Source of the DNA: Selaginella moellendorffii
Taxonomy: Eukaryota; Plantae; Lycopodiophyta
Direction: 5' to 3'
NCBI RefSeq assembly: GCF_000143415.4
Contig: NW_003314283.1
Span: forward strand, 1,142,364-1,206,363
Length of the DNA stretch: 64,000 nucleotides
Below are positions 12,229 to 24,685 of this stretch, piece by piece (position 1 is the stretch's first letter; every line of letters begins with the position of its first letter). A program made the position numbers and the translations under genes. The notes beneath the pieces were generated by a model. The model did no database searches, was not told the DNA's origin, and saw nothing but the letters and a program-made list of their open reading frames with translations.

Positions 12229-12299
12229 TGCACTGCCCGGGAATCGAACCCGGGTCTGTACCGTGGCAGGGTACTATTCTACCACTAGACCAGCAGTGC
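12229..12299 (-). tRNA. tRNA-Gly(GCC)
   Basis: GCACTGCTGGTCTAGTGGTAGAATAGTACCCTGCCACGGTACAGACCCGGGTTCGATTCCCGGGCAGTGCA forms a full cloverleaf with A and B boxes; T5 Pol III terminator at 12220-12224. Confidence 0.97.
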
Positions 12300-12341
12300 A
12301 TCATGTTGGCAATGTGAGGTTTATTCTAACAAAACCGCGCT

Positions 12342-12389
12342 AAACCCTAAGCAGAGAATATACTCGAATATCCCAGCTTAAACCCTAGA
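12342..12389 (+). promoter_or_regulatory. Two telo-boxes (AAACCCTA) at the TOM9/snoRNA promoter
   Basis: AAACCCTAA at 12342 and AAACCCTAG at ~12381; typical of plant translation and ribosome-biogenesis genes. Confidence 0.55.
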
Positions 12390-12467
12390 GGCGGCGGCCA
12401 TGGACTTATAAGCGAGGGCGCCGCGTTTTCTTCAAGCCCAGGTATGCGGCGTTTTGCGTCTTTGGTA

Positions 12468-12553
12468 GCACAGTGATGAGAGAATTTGGGTTGATGAGCG
12501 GGGAAGAAACATCCCCCTTTGATTCTACACAACCTCCTACTCATACTGAGTGC
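12468..12553 (+). ncRNA. Intronic box C/D snoRNA guiding 25S rRNA 2'-O-methylation
   Basis: Terminal stem GCAC/GTGC; box C GTGATGA 12473-12479; box D CTGA 12546-12549. Guide CCTCCTACTCAT is complementary to plant 25S AUGAGUAGGAGG; the +5 rule points to the second A. Confidence 0.8.
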
Positions 12554-12589
12554 CCTCTTCCTCCATTTTTGCTGTCTTTGTTGTTGTTT

Positions 12590-12671
12590 GGGCAGAGGAT
12601 GATAGATTCTTGATGGGTAATTTGCGGCTGACCACATTGGTGTGATGCCTCACCTTGGAGACCTGATGCCC
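12590..12671 (+). ncRNA. Intronic double-guide box C/D snoRNA (U16 + U55 specificities; snoR15-like)
   Basis: Terminal stem GGGCA/TGCCC; box C-like AGGATGA; D' CTGA 12628-12631 preceded by GGGTAATTTGCG (antisense to 18S CGCAAAUUACCC); C' GTGATGC; D CTGA 12663-12666 preceded by TCACCTTGGAGAC (antisense to 25S GUCUCCAAGGUGA). Confidence 0.9.
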
Positions 12672-12764
12672 ATTTGAATGAATGAATCCTCTCGAGAGAG
12701 ACCCTATAAATCTTGATCGAAACGCTGTGAACTTTTGTCTTTCAGGGCTCTCTGATCTTTGGAG

Positions 12765-13034
12765 ATGGGCGATGGCTCTGTTTTGAGCCGAGTGAGCAGC
12801 GGCATTGCCGAATCGAGGCGCGCAGTGAGCAGCACTTGCGTGTTTGGAGGCCGAGTGCTGCGCAGCACGGGCAAGGCGGCATGGATTGCAGGCACAACCT
12901 TTTTGCTGCTGGTTGTGCCACTTATTTTTGAGGTGGACAGGGACCAGCAGCTGCAGGAGCTTGAGTCTCAACAAGCGACGCTGTTGGGTGGTGCGGCCCA
13001 GCCTGCTGCTGCTGCTGCGGCTGCGGCCAAATGA
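12765..13034 (+). CDS. TOM9: Mitochondrial import receptor TOM9 (plant TOM22)
   Basis: LRSTGKAAWIAGTTFLLLVVPLIFEVDR.QQ..ELE.QQATLLG matches plant TOM9; 5'-UTR intron 12442-12745 (GT-AG). Confidence 0.93.
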   Translation: MGDGSVLSRVSSGIAESRRAVSSTCVFGGRVLRSTGKAAWIAGTTFLLLVVPLIFEVDRDQQLQELESQQATLLGGAAQPAAAAAAAAK

Positions 13035-13779
13035 GGATATAACCATGATTTTGTTCTATCCTGATGATTCCTGAAGGTCCCGAGTATGGGCACTCATACG
13101 AACATAAAAACTGTTAATTGCCTTGGGATCAGAAAAAAAAAAACTAATATGAAAGAAATAAAAATAGTTGAATATTCATTTGGCTGTTTACAAGAAGCAT
13201 GAGACCAAGATATTAAGCTGTTTTGATGATCTCATGAGCCATTTGATGGATTATAGTAAAATCTGTTTTGATTCTGCCACCAAGTCTTTTGTCCATGCCC
13301 TGAGCTTCACTGATCTGCTTAATGCCCTTCATGAAGCTCAGATCTGCTTAATGCCCTTCTTATTGCATCTTAGGTTGCTTATGGCATCTTGGGTAATGTG
13401 ATCTTTCTTGAGCTTCACTCATGCTATTATTACATCTTGGGTTAATTTTGGGTTGGATGTCACTTGAAAAATTGATATTGTGAGTGTTTGGAATATGGAA
13501 AGGGAATACAAGAAAATGTGCATATCAATTAGCCCAAAAACCCTAGTTTATATATAGAAGCGAGTGGTCCGAATTGAAACCAATCCGACGGTTACTAAAA
13601 TCCCACTATGCTAATATTAATATAGTCGTACACTTGGCCTTCACATCATCCCCTCCTCTTGGAATAATGGAAGACCATTAGGGTTCTTTTGTAGATGGGC
13701 CGGGATCGGGAGGAACGTCAGGAGGAGGCATTGGTGGATTTGTAGGTGGTATTAAATCCTCCTAATCCCTTTGTACTAA

Positions 13780-14943
13780 GAGTTTTAGTTGCTGCACATG
13801 CACAATTTCTGGAGTATTGGCCTGTTAAATATCATGCCGAACCTTATAAACTTGTGGTCCAACTTGCCGCAACACTCGATACGGTCCTTTTTACTGCGCA
13901 AGAAGCCCTTTAGATAAACCATGTATTGTAAGATGGGGAAAACGGACTAACACAAAATCATCCACTTTGTACTCCGCAAGTGGATGATGATGGGAATTGT
14001 AGCGCCATTGTTGTCCCACTTGTACACAGCCTAAGTGTTCAACAGACTCTGTTCGGACAAGTGGAAGAATACTCGTCAAATACTGATCACATGACCTAGC
14101 ATCGATAGCTCGTGGCAACCGCAAAGGTAAACCCAACTCCGTTGGTAATATTGGATCATGACCATATAGGAGTTTATATGGTGAAGCACCAATAGAACTC
14201 TGCACCCCTGTGACATATGCATACCGAAGAGACGGCAAATAACCATCTCAATCCGAATGTTGAAAGTTCACATATTTCGCAATCATCTTTTTAAATGTCC
14301 GAATGAGCCGTTCTACCAGACCGTTTGATTGTGGATGATAAGCACTCGTGAAAGTGTGGCGTATCCCCAACCGAGACGTCAAGACATGAAATGCCTCAAC
14401 CATAAATGCAGGACCATTATCCGAAAGAATCCGCTCTGGACAAGAATACTGGAGCACCACTTGATTGAGGAGGAAGTATCCAACAGTAGTTGCAGAGGCG
14501 CTAGCAAGAGCACCAACTTCCACCCAACGAGTTATGTAGTCAGAAGCAATAATAACATACTCATTGTTAGCAGTCGACCGTGGAAAAGGTCCTATAAGAT
14601 CAAATGCCACCAACTCAAACGAACAGGAAACTGCAATTGACTCTAACCGTCCTTCCGCAACACGAGGGGGAGTATTACGAGCTTGGCACCAAACGCAGCT
14701 ACGCATATACCGGATAATATCACATCGCATCTCCAGCCAATTAAAAGACCGGCGCAGCTTCTCAGTTAGACAACAATGTCCCATATACCCACCTTGAATT
14801 GGAGAATCATGGTAGGCATGGAGAAACCGCAGAATAAAGATAGAAGGCACCACCAGCCATAAATGATCATCAGGATCCGTCCCCACAAAATAAAGAAGGC
14901 CATCTTCAAAGCGATATTGAGAATGTAAATGCAGGAAAGGCAA
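13780..14943 (-). pseudogene. Gypsy integrase (degenerate zinc finger, DDE core, GPY motif), disrupted
   Basis: YHDSP...C.WC, AFDLIGPFP, ILSDNG, AYHPQSNGLVER, KGPYRVLRQVG; in-frame stops. Confidence 0.9.
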
Positions 14944-14994
14944 GTCATCAGCAAGTGATGCAAGATTCTCAAACCCATCTCGAAGCCTTCAAAT

Positions 14995-17112
14995 TCATGG
15001 CTTAATTTTTTTAGCCTCGCAAACCTCATCAAGAGAAGGTAGATCTTGCTCTACGCCTTGTGGACACTGAACGTCAAGAACAGCAACTGTCGAGGGCATA
15101 GAATCCTCGTCTAGAAAATCCACAAATGCTGGAACAATAGGTTCATCAGAAACATGAGAAATGAGTGGAGAAGGAAGAGGAGCTCGAGAAAGGGCATTAG
15201 CATCAGCCATAGAACTCCCTGGGCGATGAACAAAATCATAAACATATATCTGAAACTTCAAAGCCCACTGAACAGTATGACCAACTAGGTTCTTCCGCTT
15301 CAATAATGAAGTAATAATAGCATGGTCACCTTCAAGTAACGTCCAAGAACCATGTAGATATGCATGAAGTTTCTTGAAGTTTTTAGACTGCTGCTAAACA
15401 CTCCTTCTCTGTCGTGGAGTAGTTTATCTCTGCTAGTTGTAATTTATGACTTATATATACAATGGGATGGCGGTGATCAGGCACACTCGAGCTCTCTTGC
15501 ATTAACACACCTCCAAGACCAATGTCAAAAGCATCCACGTGCAAAACAAAATGTCGAGTGTAGTTAGGATATGCCAAAACTGGAGGAGTTGTCAATAGCT
15601 CTTTGAAATCCCCGAATGCCCGCTCACAATCCGGAGACAAGATGAAAGATGACGTTGATGATTTCAGCAATGCTCGCAACGGTGCAGTACGATCAGAAAG
15701 ATGATCCATAAAACAACCGAGATACTGCACCTTGCCTAAGAAGCGTTGCACATCATTCACTTCGGAGTAGGGAACTTCAGAATAGCCACAAGTTTGTCAG
15801 GATCAACTTGCAAACCCTCACGAGAAATATGGTACCCAAGATAAGTTGTGTCCTTGGACCCAAACATGCACTTCGACCGCTTCAGCTTTAAACCAACGTC
15901 ACGTAGCCAATCCAACACTTTACAAACATCACAAAAGTGCTCCTCCTACGTCCCCTCTGAGTGGATCAAGACATTAGCAATGAAGTCAACAGTCACCTCC
16001 GGCATATTGCAAAGAACCTCGTCCATCATCTGCTGGAAAGTTGCTGAAGCATTGTTTAAACCAAACGGCATCACCAAAATCTCATACAAACTAAATGGTG
16101 TATGAAAAGCAGTCTTTGGAATATTTTCTTCGGCCATCGATACTTGCCAGTACCCAGAAGCAAGATTTAACTTGGTGAACCAACGACTTCGCCCCAAATG
16201 ATCCAAGAGATCAGCAGTGTGAGGAAGAGGGTACACATCTGGGATCGTCACTTCCTTTAACGGATGATAGTCGATACAGAAACGAATACTCGTATTAGGC
16301 TTCATCACAAGATGAGATTCACATGCCCAAGGATTCCACAACTTCTGAATAACACCCTTCTCCAACATCTCCTTGACGTTTGCACATAAAATCTTGATTT
16401 CCTTGGGCGACCGACAACGAACAAAAACCTTGATTGGATGAGCATCCCCGGTTGGAATCGGATGACGTGTGGCAATCTTGGCCCCAGATGATAGGTCAAA
16501 GTCAAAGAGATCAAAATACTCCTTCATGAGCCGGTCAACCATTGCAACACAAAGATCGTCGGAGGGATCGAAAAAGGGAAGAGCAGAATAAGATGGAAAT
16601 ATAAGAAGAAATAGTGGGGGAACAAAAGTAATGGAAGCAGAAGTAGAAGTAAAGGGACGAAGAGGTACGGAAGTGAGAGGAATGGATGAAATATAAGGAA
16701 GTATGAGAGAAGGGGGAGAAGCCTCAAAGTTATATTTGGCATGATTGCGTTGCAACCAATCTATACCAAGAATGAGGTCAAAAGCTTGACTCAACACCAC
16801 CCGCAACGACTGCAACTCAAGCTCGAGATCGCCCACACGTACAACCAGGTCCGCCTTATCCCATGCACATGCATGTGTATGGTTGTTGCCATAAAAAATG
16901 AAAATTGGTTCCACCGCACGACGCAAGTGTAAATGGTAACGTGTGGCAATAGGTCGAGCAATAGAAGATAAACTCAAACCTGTATCAACCAATACGAAGA
17001 GAATAATATGAAACCTCTTGTTATAAAAACGAGCTTGGAACATAAACACTAGATGAACCGGTGCCAAGTGAACCCCTTGATAATACTCCCGAAAGAAAGA
17101 TAGAAGGGTCAT
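14995..17112 (-). pseudogene. Gypsy protease-RT-RNase H, frameshifted
   Basis: LVDTG protease, LILGIDWL, RFCIDY, MPFGL.NA.ATFQ, catalytic Y/FxDD decayed to FIAN, HVDA.DIGLG.VL, NYSTTEKECLA, ADANALSR. Confidence 0.92.
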
Positions 17113-17116
17113 TGAC

Positions 17117-18068
17117 TTATTTGCGCAAGGTCCCTCCGTTACTTGCGCGACTCTTCATTTCCCGGATGCATTTTGGTGTCCAAACCTTCCACGGCAGCAG
17201 CACCAATGGGACGTTGCTGACGCCAAGGTCTCCAGCCAGGAAATGGAGGTCGCCAATCCAGAAAACGCCGACAATGCCGATAAGTATGACCAACTTCATC
17301 ACACGCCCAGTAACGAACATCACAGCTATGACCACGTCCTCGCCCTTGTCCTTGGACTCAAGTAGCAGCAGCATCAACCTCCATTGGAACAGGACCATCA
17401 CCCATAGGAAGTGGAGCTGAAGGACGTGTAGTGAGAAGTGGAAGAGGCGACGTCTCATAACGTTGTGCCAAGTGAAGAGCATCATCAAGGGTGGCGGGAG
17501 CAAGTGCATGCACAAGTCCGACAAGATCTTGATGAAGTGCTAGCCACAACATTCCTAGCTTGATCCGCTCCGACATATTTGGCTTCGCATGAAATAAAAG
17601 ACTTTGGAAACGAATGCCAAATTGCATCATCGACTCAGATGGCCCTTGGCGAAGACGATGCAATTGTTGGAAGGCATCATCACAGTCATCGGTATGTCCG
17701 AAGGTGCGTTTGAAAATGTCCGGAAGGACACTCCAATCCCCATGAGTGGCTGCGCTCAACCCATTGTACCACTGCGCCATCCCTTGAAGACACGTGGGAA
17801 ACTCACGCAAACGTTGAGCATCATCCCAAGAATAATATGTGGCAATCACTGTGAAGTGATCGAACCAATGGTACACATCATCCCCAGGATTCCCGCGAAA
17901 AAACTTTGGCTGAACGCAAGGATTAGCACCAAGAGTAGGAGGAGTTGTACCACGTGCCATGCATGCCGCCATCAATTGAGTTTGGTTGTTCAATTGCAAC
18001 TGCATAGCATCAAGCAATTGTACCAATTGCTGCTCCAGAGTCAAAGGAGGAGATTGCTGATCTGCCAT
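17117..18068 (-). pseudogene. Gypsy gag
   Basis: Capsid-like ORF 17358-18068 (PKFFRG, LRQG..ES, PMEVD) followed by a decayed Cys/His zinc knuckle. Confidence 0.85.
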
Positions 18069-21000
18069 GAAGACAAACGAAGAAAGAGCAAAAGAAGAGA
18101 AATGACAAAAAACTAGAAGGAAATGGTAGATCTAGACAATGCAAAAAGCTAGATTTAAACCAAAATCCTGAAAAGAAAGAACAAAAGAAAGGAAATGGAA
18201 AAAGTTAGATCTAAACAATGCAAAAATTAGATCTAAACCAAAATCCTAAATCCAAGCACTTCCTAAAGACAATCAAAAGTGCCTCTCACCTCCACCAATG
18301 TGAGTGTTTGGAATATGGAAAGGGAATACAGAAAATGTTCATATCAATACAGAAGTGAGTGGTCTGGATTGAAACTAATCCGACAGTTACCAAAATCCCA
18401 CTACGCTAATATTAGTATATGGCATCGTAGCCGTACACTTGGCCCTCACAATATAAAAATATATAATATATTTTTTAAAAATATATCCACTCCTATTGCC
18501 TAGATTGGTAATTTATTTTAGCCACCTTAACATATCTACTAGGCAAAAATACTCAATCCCTAGTTCAATTGCAAAATTCTGGAATGTGAAGGAGAAAGAA
18601 TTTATAGTAATCTACAATCTCAGCTATAGTGTGATCATGATCAGTAATCACTCAATTAAATCTACACTTCAAGGACCATGGTTGGCATGGAGCATAGGTT
18701 AGACATTTTTTCACCACATGCTTTATGTTGTAAACTTTTTCATAGCATGTGGAGCAAAAGCAAATATCATGTGGTAGCAAAGGTTTCAAATAGTATCTAT
18801 GTTTTATCATCAATCTTTAACATCCTTTTTTGCCTTAGTTTATAGGTGACTAAGATTTTTCAATTGGTAGGTGGTGAGGTCATCATAGATTTTCAAATTG
18901 AATTAGCACTTGGGGACTGATGGTGTTTGTGTAAATTCCAAAAAGGACAATATTTTTCATCTAGTCATCACATTGATGTTAGAGGGATTGTTATTCTAAA
19001 ACTTGAGTTGCTATATTAATTGTGTTGTCAGTGTGAAAAAGTTGTGGCCTTGGTGGTTGTCTATGAATCTGAACATTTCATATCAAAGTCTAAATTATAT
19101 TCAAATAAAGCCAAGAAAAAATGGTTAAAATTACATTGAAATATGTGTTTAATATCAATAGTATAAGAAATTACATTTCATTTTACAAGATATTAAGATA
19201 ATAAATTTATCAAAATCTAGTTGTAAACATTTTCCATGATTTATTTTAATGAATATGAACATAAAATCACTAAAATTTCTCTTCTTTAACAAACTTCTTA
19301 AATGATCTGTTTAATTATTAAACTTAACGTCTTGCTAGTTCCATTTAAAAGGTAATAAAATAAACACTATCTCTATTTAAACCATTTTTAAATAAATAAT
19401 AATAAATGAAATTTTTTTTTAGCTTTTCTTTGCTGGCTTATGAAATGTTATAATTCTAAAAAGATTTTACAAAATAATTAGATATGGAGAAATACGAAAA
19501 TTCTTCAGGTTTTTACAAATATTAAGTTTTTAATATATAATTTTATTAAGAAATAATACATAATTAATTATGAATTATTTGAAGCTTTAAAACTAAGTGT
19601 AATATTATAAAGTACAGGCATGCTATAATTCATCAATAATATAAAAATTATCATGGAATTTATAAGGGTTTAGTTTTGCTAAAAGATTTGAGAAATTAGT
19701 ATACTACTTCAAATGAATAAAATAATATATCAGAAAACAAATAATAATAATAAAATAAAACAAAATATTTAGTAAATTAATATTTTAAATAACTAAGAAT
19801 TACTAGAATTTATTCAATATTTGACTTTAATGTATAATGTTTTATAATCTCTTTTAAAAATGATTTTTTAAATTTGAACTAAGTTTAAAAGCATATTATA
19901 GTTGCAATTTTGTCAAATTTGATTACAAATATTTTACTATTGTATATATTTAAAATACATATAATAACACAATAATATCCAAGCATCTAACCTATAATAA
20001 AATTAAATGACCTTTTCTTTTGTGAACAAATACTCTTATAAAATAGTATAATATTTTTAAAATTTTTATTATTCTAAATATCTATATAAATATTTTCTCT
20101 TAAATAAGTATATGACTTATTTTTTTAATATATAATAAGAAAAAATCCATATGAATTAAATCATTTAAGGTTATTTAAGTTTTTATGTATTCTATAATTC
20201 CATTTGAAGATTCACCTTTTCAGTCAGTGTAATTTTTAAAGAAAACTGTATATAAGAATAAATAACTAATCTAGAGATCAATTATTTAATCTTTAAAAGT
20301 TTTAATAATTTTGTTTTTAGCTATATAAAAAACTTTAACATTAAACTAGCTAAAGAATAAGAAATTGAATTTTTATTTTGTAAGGCCTAATGCCTGCCTT
20401 AAATCAATCTTCACACCTATTGTACTTATAAGTAAGCAAGGAGAATGATGTCAAATCACTTTCCCCACTTATTATGCTTGTAAGCAATTAAAAAAAATGA
20501 CTTGAAATATGATCCATAAGAGTTTAGAGCAAAAGAACTTATAAGTAAAGTACACCCTTTTTCCTATTGGTTAAAAGAGTTAGAATACTTGGGGTTAAGA
20601 GTATTTTGATTTAAGTAGTATTGAGTTGGTTGACTCCTTAAGAAGTCTAGAGTTTAAATTTGAATAATATTGACTCTATTGGTTGGGAATCAGAGGAGTA
20701 TTAACTCTGATTCTATTGATTGGTTATAGGGGTTAATATATTTAGTTTCCTATTTGACTCTAGTGATGCCAATAACTCTATTGGTTGGTTAAAGACATTT
20801 AGTTTACCATTTGGCTTTAGTGATGCCAATATAAGTTTTAACTTAGAACCAACTTTTAGGTTATAAATGTTCTAGAGGTGGTGGTAAATAATTGTTCACA
20901 ACTGATAAACTATTTCAAAGTTTGAGCTCTATACATACCTTGATAATGTTTCATGACCACCTTCATCTGTTTTCAGGATTGTTAGGACAAGAACATCTCT

Positions 21001-22329
21001 AGATGCATTCATAACTCTGGATCGAACTATTTATACTAGCACCAAAGTGGCTCTTGATATATTGGGTCACATGAATATGTAGCTTTTGCATTTTTTCCAA
21101 CATGATGGAGTTTTAGAAGAATATACTATGGCAAATTTTTCACCAATAATACAATCATATAGGAGATAGAAATTCTTTAATGCCCTAAAGAACCACATGT
21201 GTGTCAAGTGTGTTAAGTTCTTGCAAAACATGGATATAGACATGGTGATAAATAGCTCATCTTTGCTATCAATTGACAGAGCTCCTTTTTGCAAGGAGGC
21301 AATAATGGAAATTGCCTATAGTGTCATCAAGCCTATAGTTCTTTAATCTCTTAATCAACCAATAATGTGGATTTATTTTAATTAACTTATAAGTTCTTTA
21401 TTATAAACATCAATCATATGGAGTACAAAACCTGGTGCAAAAGGTAATCAATGTTTAGAAGATTTGATAATATATAATGATTATTATTTATGATCATACA
21501 GATTAATTTGGATAAATTATTAGGTTTCTGTTTTATTATGTATTCAATGTAATTGTTTATGACTCAAATCATAAATAATTTTCTACCCAATGCATATAGC
21601 AATTTTGTTTGCTTAATAGTAGTGTTTATAATTATTAATAAAATTGATCATTTGGAAGTTTTTAATTATATTCATGTTTATAATTTATGAGTACATGATT
21701 AATCTTATTATATATCAACCATTAAAATAAACTAGAATATACTATAAGTGTTTAGGACAGTTTAAAAATTATAAACACAAGATTAATCTAAATGAATAAA
21801 AACTGTTGGATGATAAAATATCCTAGAATATCCAGGCTCCTTTCTTAGAATGGTGAAATCTTGTGTTTTGCTTTCAATATTGTTATTGTGCTCAAGAATT
21901 AGGTAAGACTACATCCCTGACTGCGTACCTCCGAATTTGGCATTGCCACAGTTAGTGTGCAGCATTTGATTCTAATAGCTCAAGTAGGAAATCTGCACAT
22001 ATGTGTGTGTGTGAGAGAGAGAAAGAGCGCCATGCCCCATACCAATATCATAATAACATTTTGCATAGGATTATAATATTATGTGAAACAAAAATGCAAA
22101 TAAAAATTCTCACACCTAAAATATGCTCTGGTGGAAATTCTGCACAAGAATGTGTTGATGGAAAGAACTATTCCATTAGAGTGGTTCCATACTGCCCATT
22201 TGAAGCAATTGTGCAACATTGTCCACTGCAGAAAAGTTAGAGCCCCTAGTGAGTTCCAGTAAAAAGATCACACCTACCAAGTTTGATTATCAGCCAAAGC
22301 TTGATTATTAGTTGCCAATGGCCTTGATC

Positions 22330-22470
22330 AGTGGCGCCTACATTATGGAGATTGAGCTGGGCACCTCACCCAAGAAATTCAAGGTGAATGGTGACACAGG
22401 TAGTGATCTCATGTGATTGAGAACTGTGCTTGTAGTGCTATAGTCAAAATGAGCAAGTTCTTCCTTCTCC
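22330..22470 (+). pseudogene. Fragment of an A1-family (nepenthesin-like) aspartic protease
   Basis: SGAYIMEIELGTSPKKFKVNGDTGSDLM* followed by CL*CYSQ; DTGS motif present, stops, no C-terminal lobe. Confidence 0.8.
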
Positions 22471-23282
22471 CAGATATCATACTCCACATCTAATTACTAG
22501 CTAAGCACACCAAGAATTTATATGTGGTGCTGATATGTAACATGCTCATGTATGCTCATGCCTTAGATAAAAAACGTTCAGTCTTAGCGTCATGCAAATT
22601 TAATCATAATTTGATTCCAATAGATATCTAGATAAAGAATAAAATATAATAAAACATACGACACATCATATTATCCTCATCCTCTAAAGCTAAACACTAT
22701 AAGATGATTTAAATGTCTGCAAATACAATGATGTTGTTAAGCTTTTGATCACCTTTGGATCAGCTTCTTTTCTCTAGATTTGAGGTCAGATATTCTCAAG
22801 CATAATATTCACCAGTCTTTATGCTCTTACCACGTTCATTCCTTCAACATCTAAACCATGTATGGAAAACTCCCATACTTTTAATGAACCAATTCTTTCA
22901 AAAGGGGGGTCAGACTTATTCACGTGACCAAATGAAAGTGGTAAAATTTTAGTACACGCCCCCCTTTTGCATAAATGCTTTTGGCCTTCGGCCGGCTCGC
23001 GCAATCCAAGCCCTCCATTCTTTGTGCTGACGGCGCAGATGCTAGCAAACCGACACAAGCAGGATCCTTGTGACCCACGTACGCCGTTGGATAGGGACGT
23101 GATCGGACGGCTAATGAGACGGCTAAACAGAGCCCAAATATTTTTCTCTGTAGGTCACATCGCAGGATCTTCTCACTGCGAGGAAGAATGTAGGTGCGAT
23201 TATCGATCGATCGATCGATCGAGCGAGCGATCACTTCGCACACGGCAATCGGTGGCGGCGCAGCAGCTCTCTCGCTCCAGCG

Positions 23283-24507
23283 ATGGGTCGGACTCCTTGC
23301 TGCGACAAAGCAGCTGTGAAGAAGGGGCCGTGGTCTCCCGACGAGGATGTCCGGCTGCGAGATTACATCCAGCGCCATGGCACGGGAGGCAACTGGATCA
23401 CTCTGCCTGGCAAAGCCGGTGAGTTCTTGGATTCTTGGAAGGGAGGGATTCCACGCTCGGGCCGCGCGATGGTCGCAAGAAAGCTCGAAATTTCGGTGGA
23501 GTCCGATGCAATGCGTGCTAATCGAGCTCGGGTTTCGTGGATCGCAGGCTTGAACCGCTGTGGGAAGAGCTGCCGGCTGCGATGGGTGAATTACCTCCGG
23601 CCGGATATCAAGCGCGGGAGTTTCACTCCCGAGGAAGAGAAGCGCATTTGCGATCTCCATGCCAGCATTGGCAGCAGGTACTCCCATCTCTTCTTGCTCG
23701 GGATTTCATGCTTCCATTTGCCTGAAACGTCTCTTCTTGTTTGATTTGAGAGGATTTGGGATTGATTGATCGAGAATTCGAACTGATCAATCTTTTTCTT
23801 TCTTTCTCCTTTGTAGATGGTCGGTGATTGCCGCTGAGCTCCCCGGTAGAACGGACAACGACATAAAGAATCACTGGAACACAAAGCTCAAGAAGAAAAA
23901 TCTCTCGCCTTTTCCGACTTCCACGAAGGCATCGCCCATGGCGGAGAGCTTGCAGAGAGCCATGGAGGCGGTGAAGAAACCGGAGGCAGCGATCAACGCC
24001 AAGAGCGACGATCCACCTCGCAAAACGCGATCGGGAAGAGCAAAACCACAGCCTGCCAGTGCCAGCGACGTTCTAGAAGATCATCAAGATCGACGAAGTT
24101 CTCACACTTCCAGTTCTTCCGCGATCACTCCTGACACCAAAACCAACAAAGCGAGCAGCAGCAACAGCAGTACCAGCAGCGGCATCACCACCGCTTTCCA
24201 CGAGGATTGGGCCGCCGAGAACTTCCATCTCCTTCTTCCCAAGATGGAGCTAGAAGAAGACTGTTCCAAGCACCAAGAACACGAGTTTGAGCGACGAGAC
24301 CACCTCCATCGCCAACTCAATCGCCGTGCTAGCACTGTCCGAGAGATCATCGACGCTGGCCACCTCGATGCTCTGGCGAGGAATCTCGCAGCGGTGGACG
24401 AGTCCTTCTTCGATCCAAATTGGTGGTCTTCCCTCGTGATCTCTCCCAAACTTCCAGGAGAGAGAGCTCTCGATTCGATCTTCGCTAGCAGCGGACACTG
24501 TTGTTAG
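23283..24507 (+). CDS. R2R3-MYB transcription factor, subgroup-14-like (RAX/MYB36 clade); exons 23283-23418, 23549-23678, 23817-24507
   Basis: [59 protein letters not shown]; canonical two-intron layout. Confidence 0.93.
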
Positions 24508-24685
24508 CTTTTGGAAGGAACCTCGCGTTCCATTTTTTTCCTCTCAATCTTAACAAATATCCACTTCTTTCTATCATGATCTTGATCATAGCTCTTATCC
24601 ATCATCGTTGTATTTACATTTGAGAAAACCATGAGAGTTCTGAGAGAGCCAATTCTCCCATGAACATCCACAACTCTACCACCTT

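Larger units (their letters stand above)
13479..18450 (-). mobile_element. Decayed Ty3/gypsy LTR retrotransposon (no chromodomain seen), ~5.0 kb, short LTRs
   Basis: LTRs 13479-13645 and 18299-18450 (TG...CA); 4-bp TSD ATAT; PBS TGGTGGAGGTG 18287-18297; PPT next to 13646; domain order gag-PR-RT-RNaseH-IN. Confidence 0.95.
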
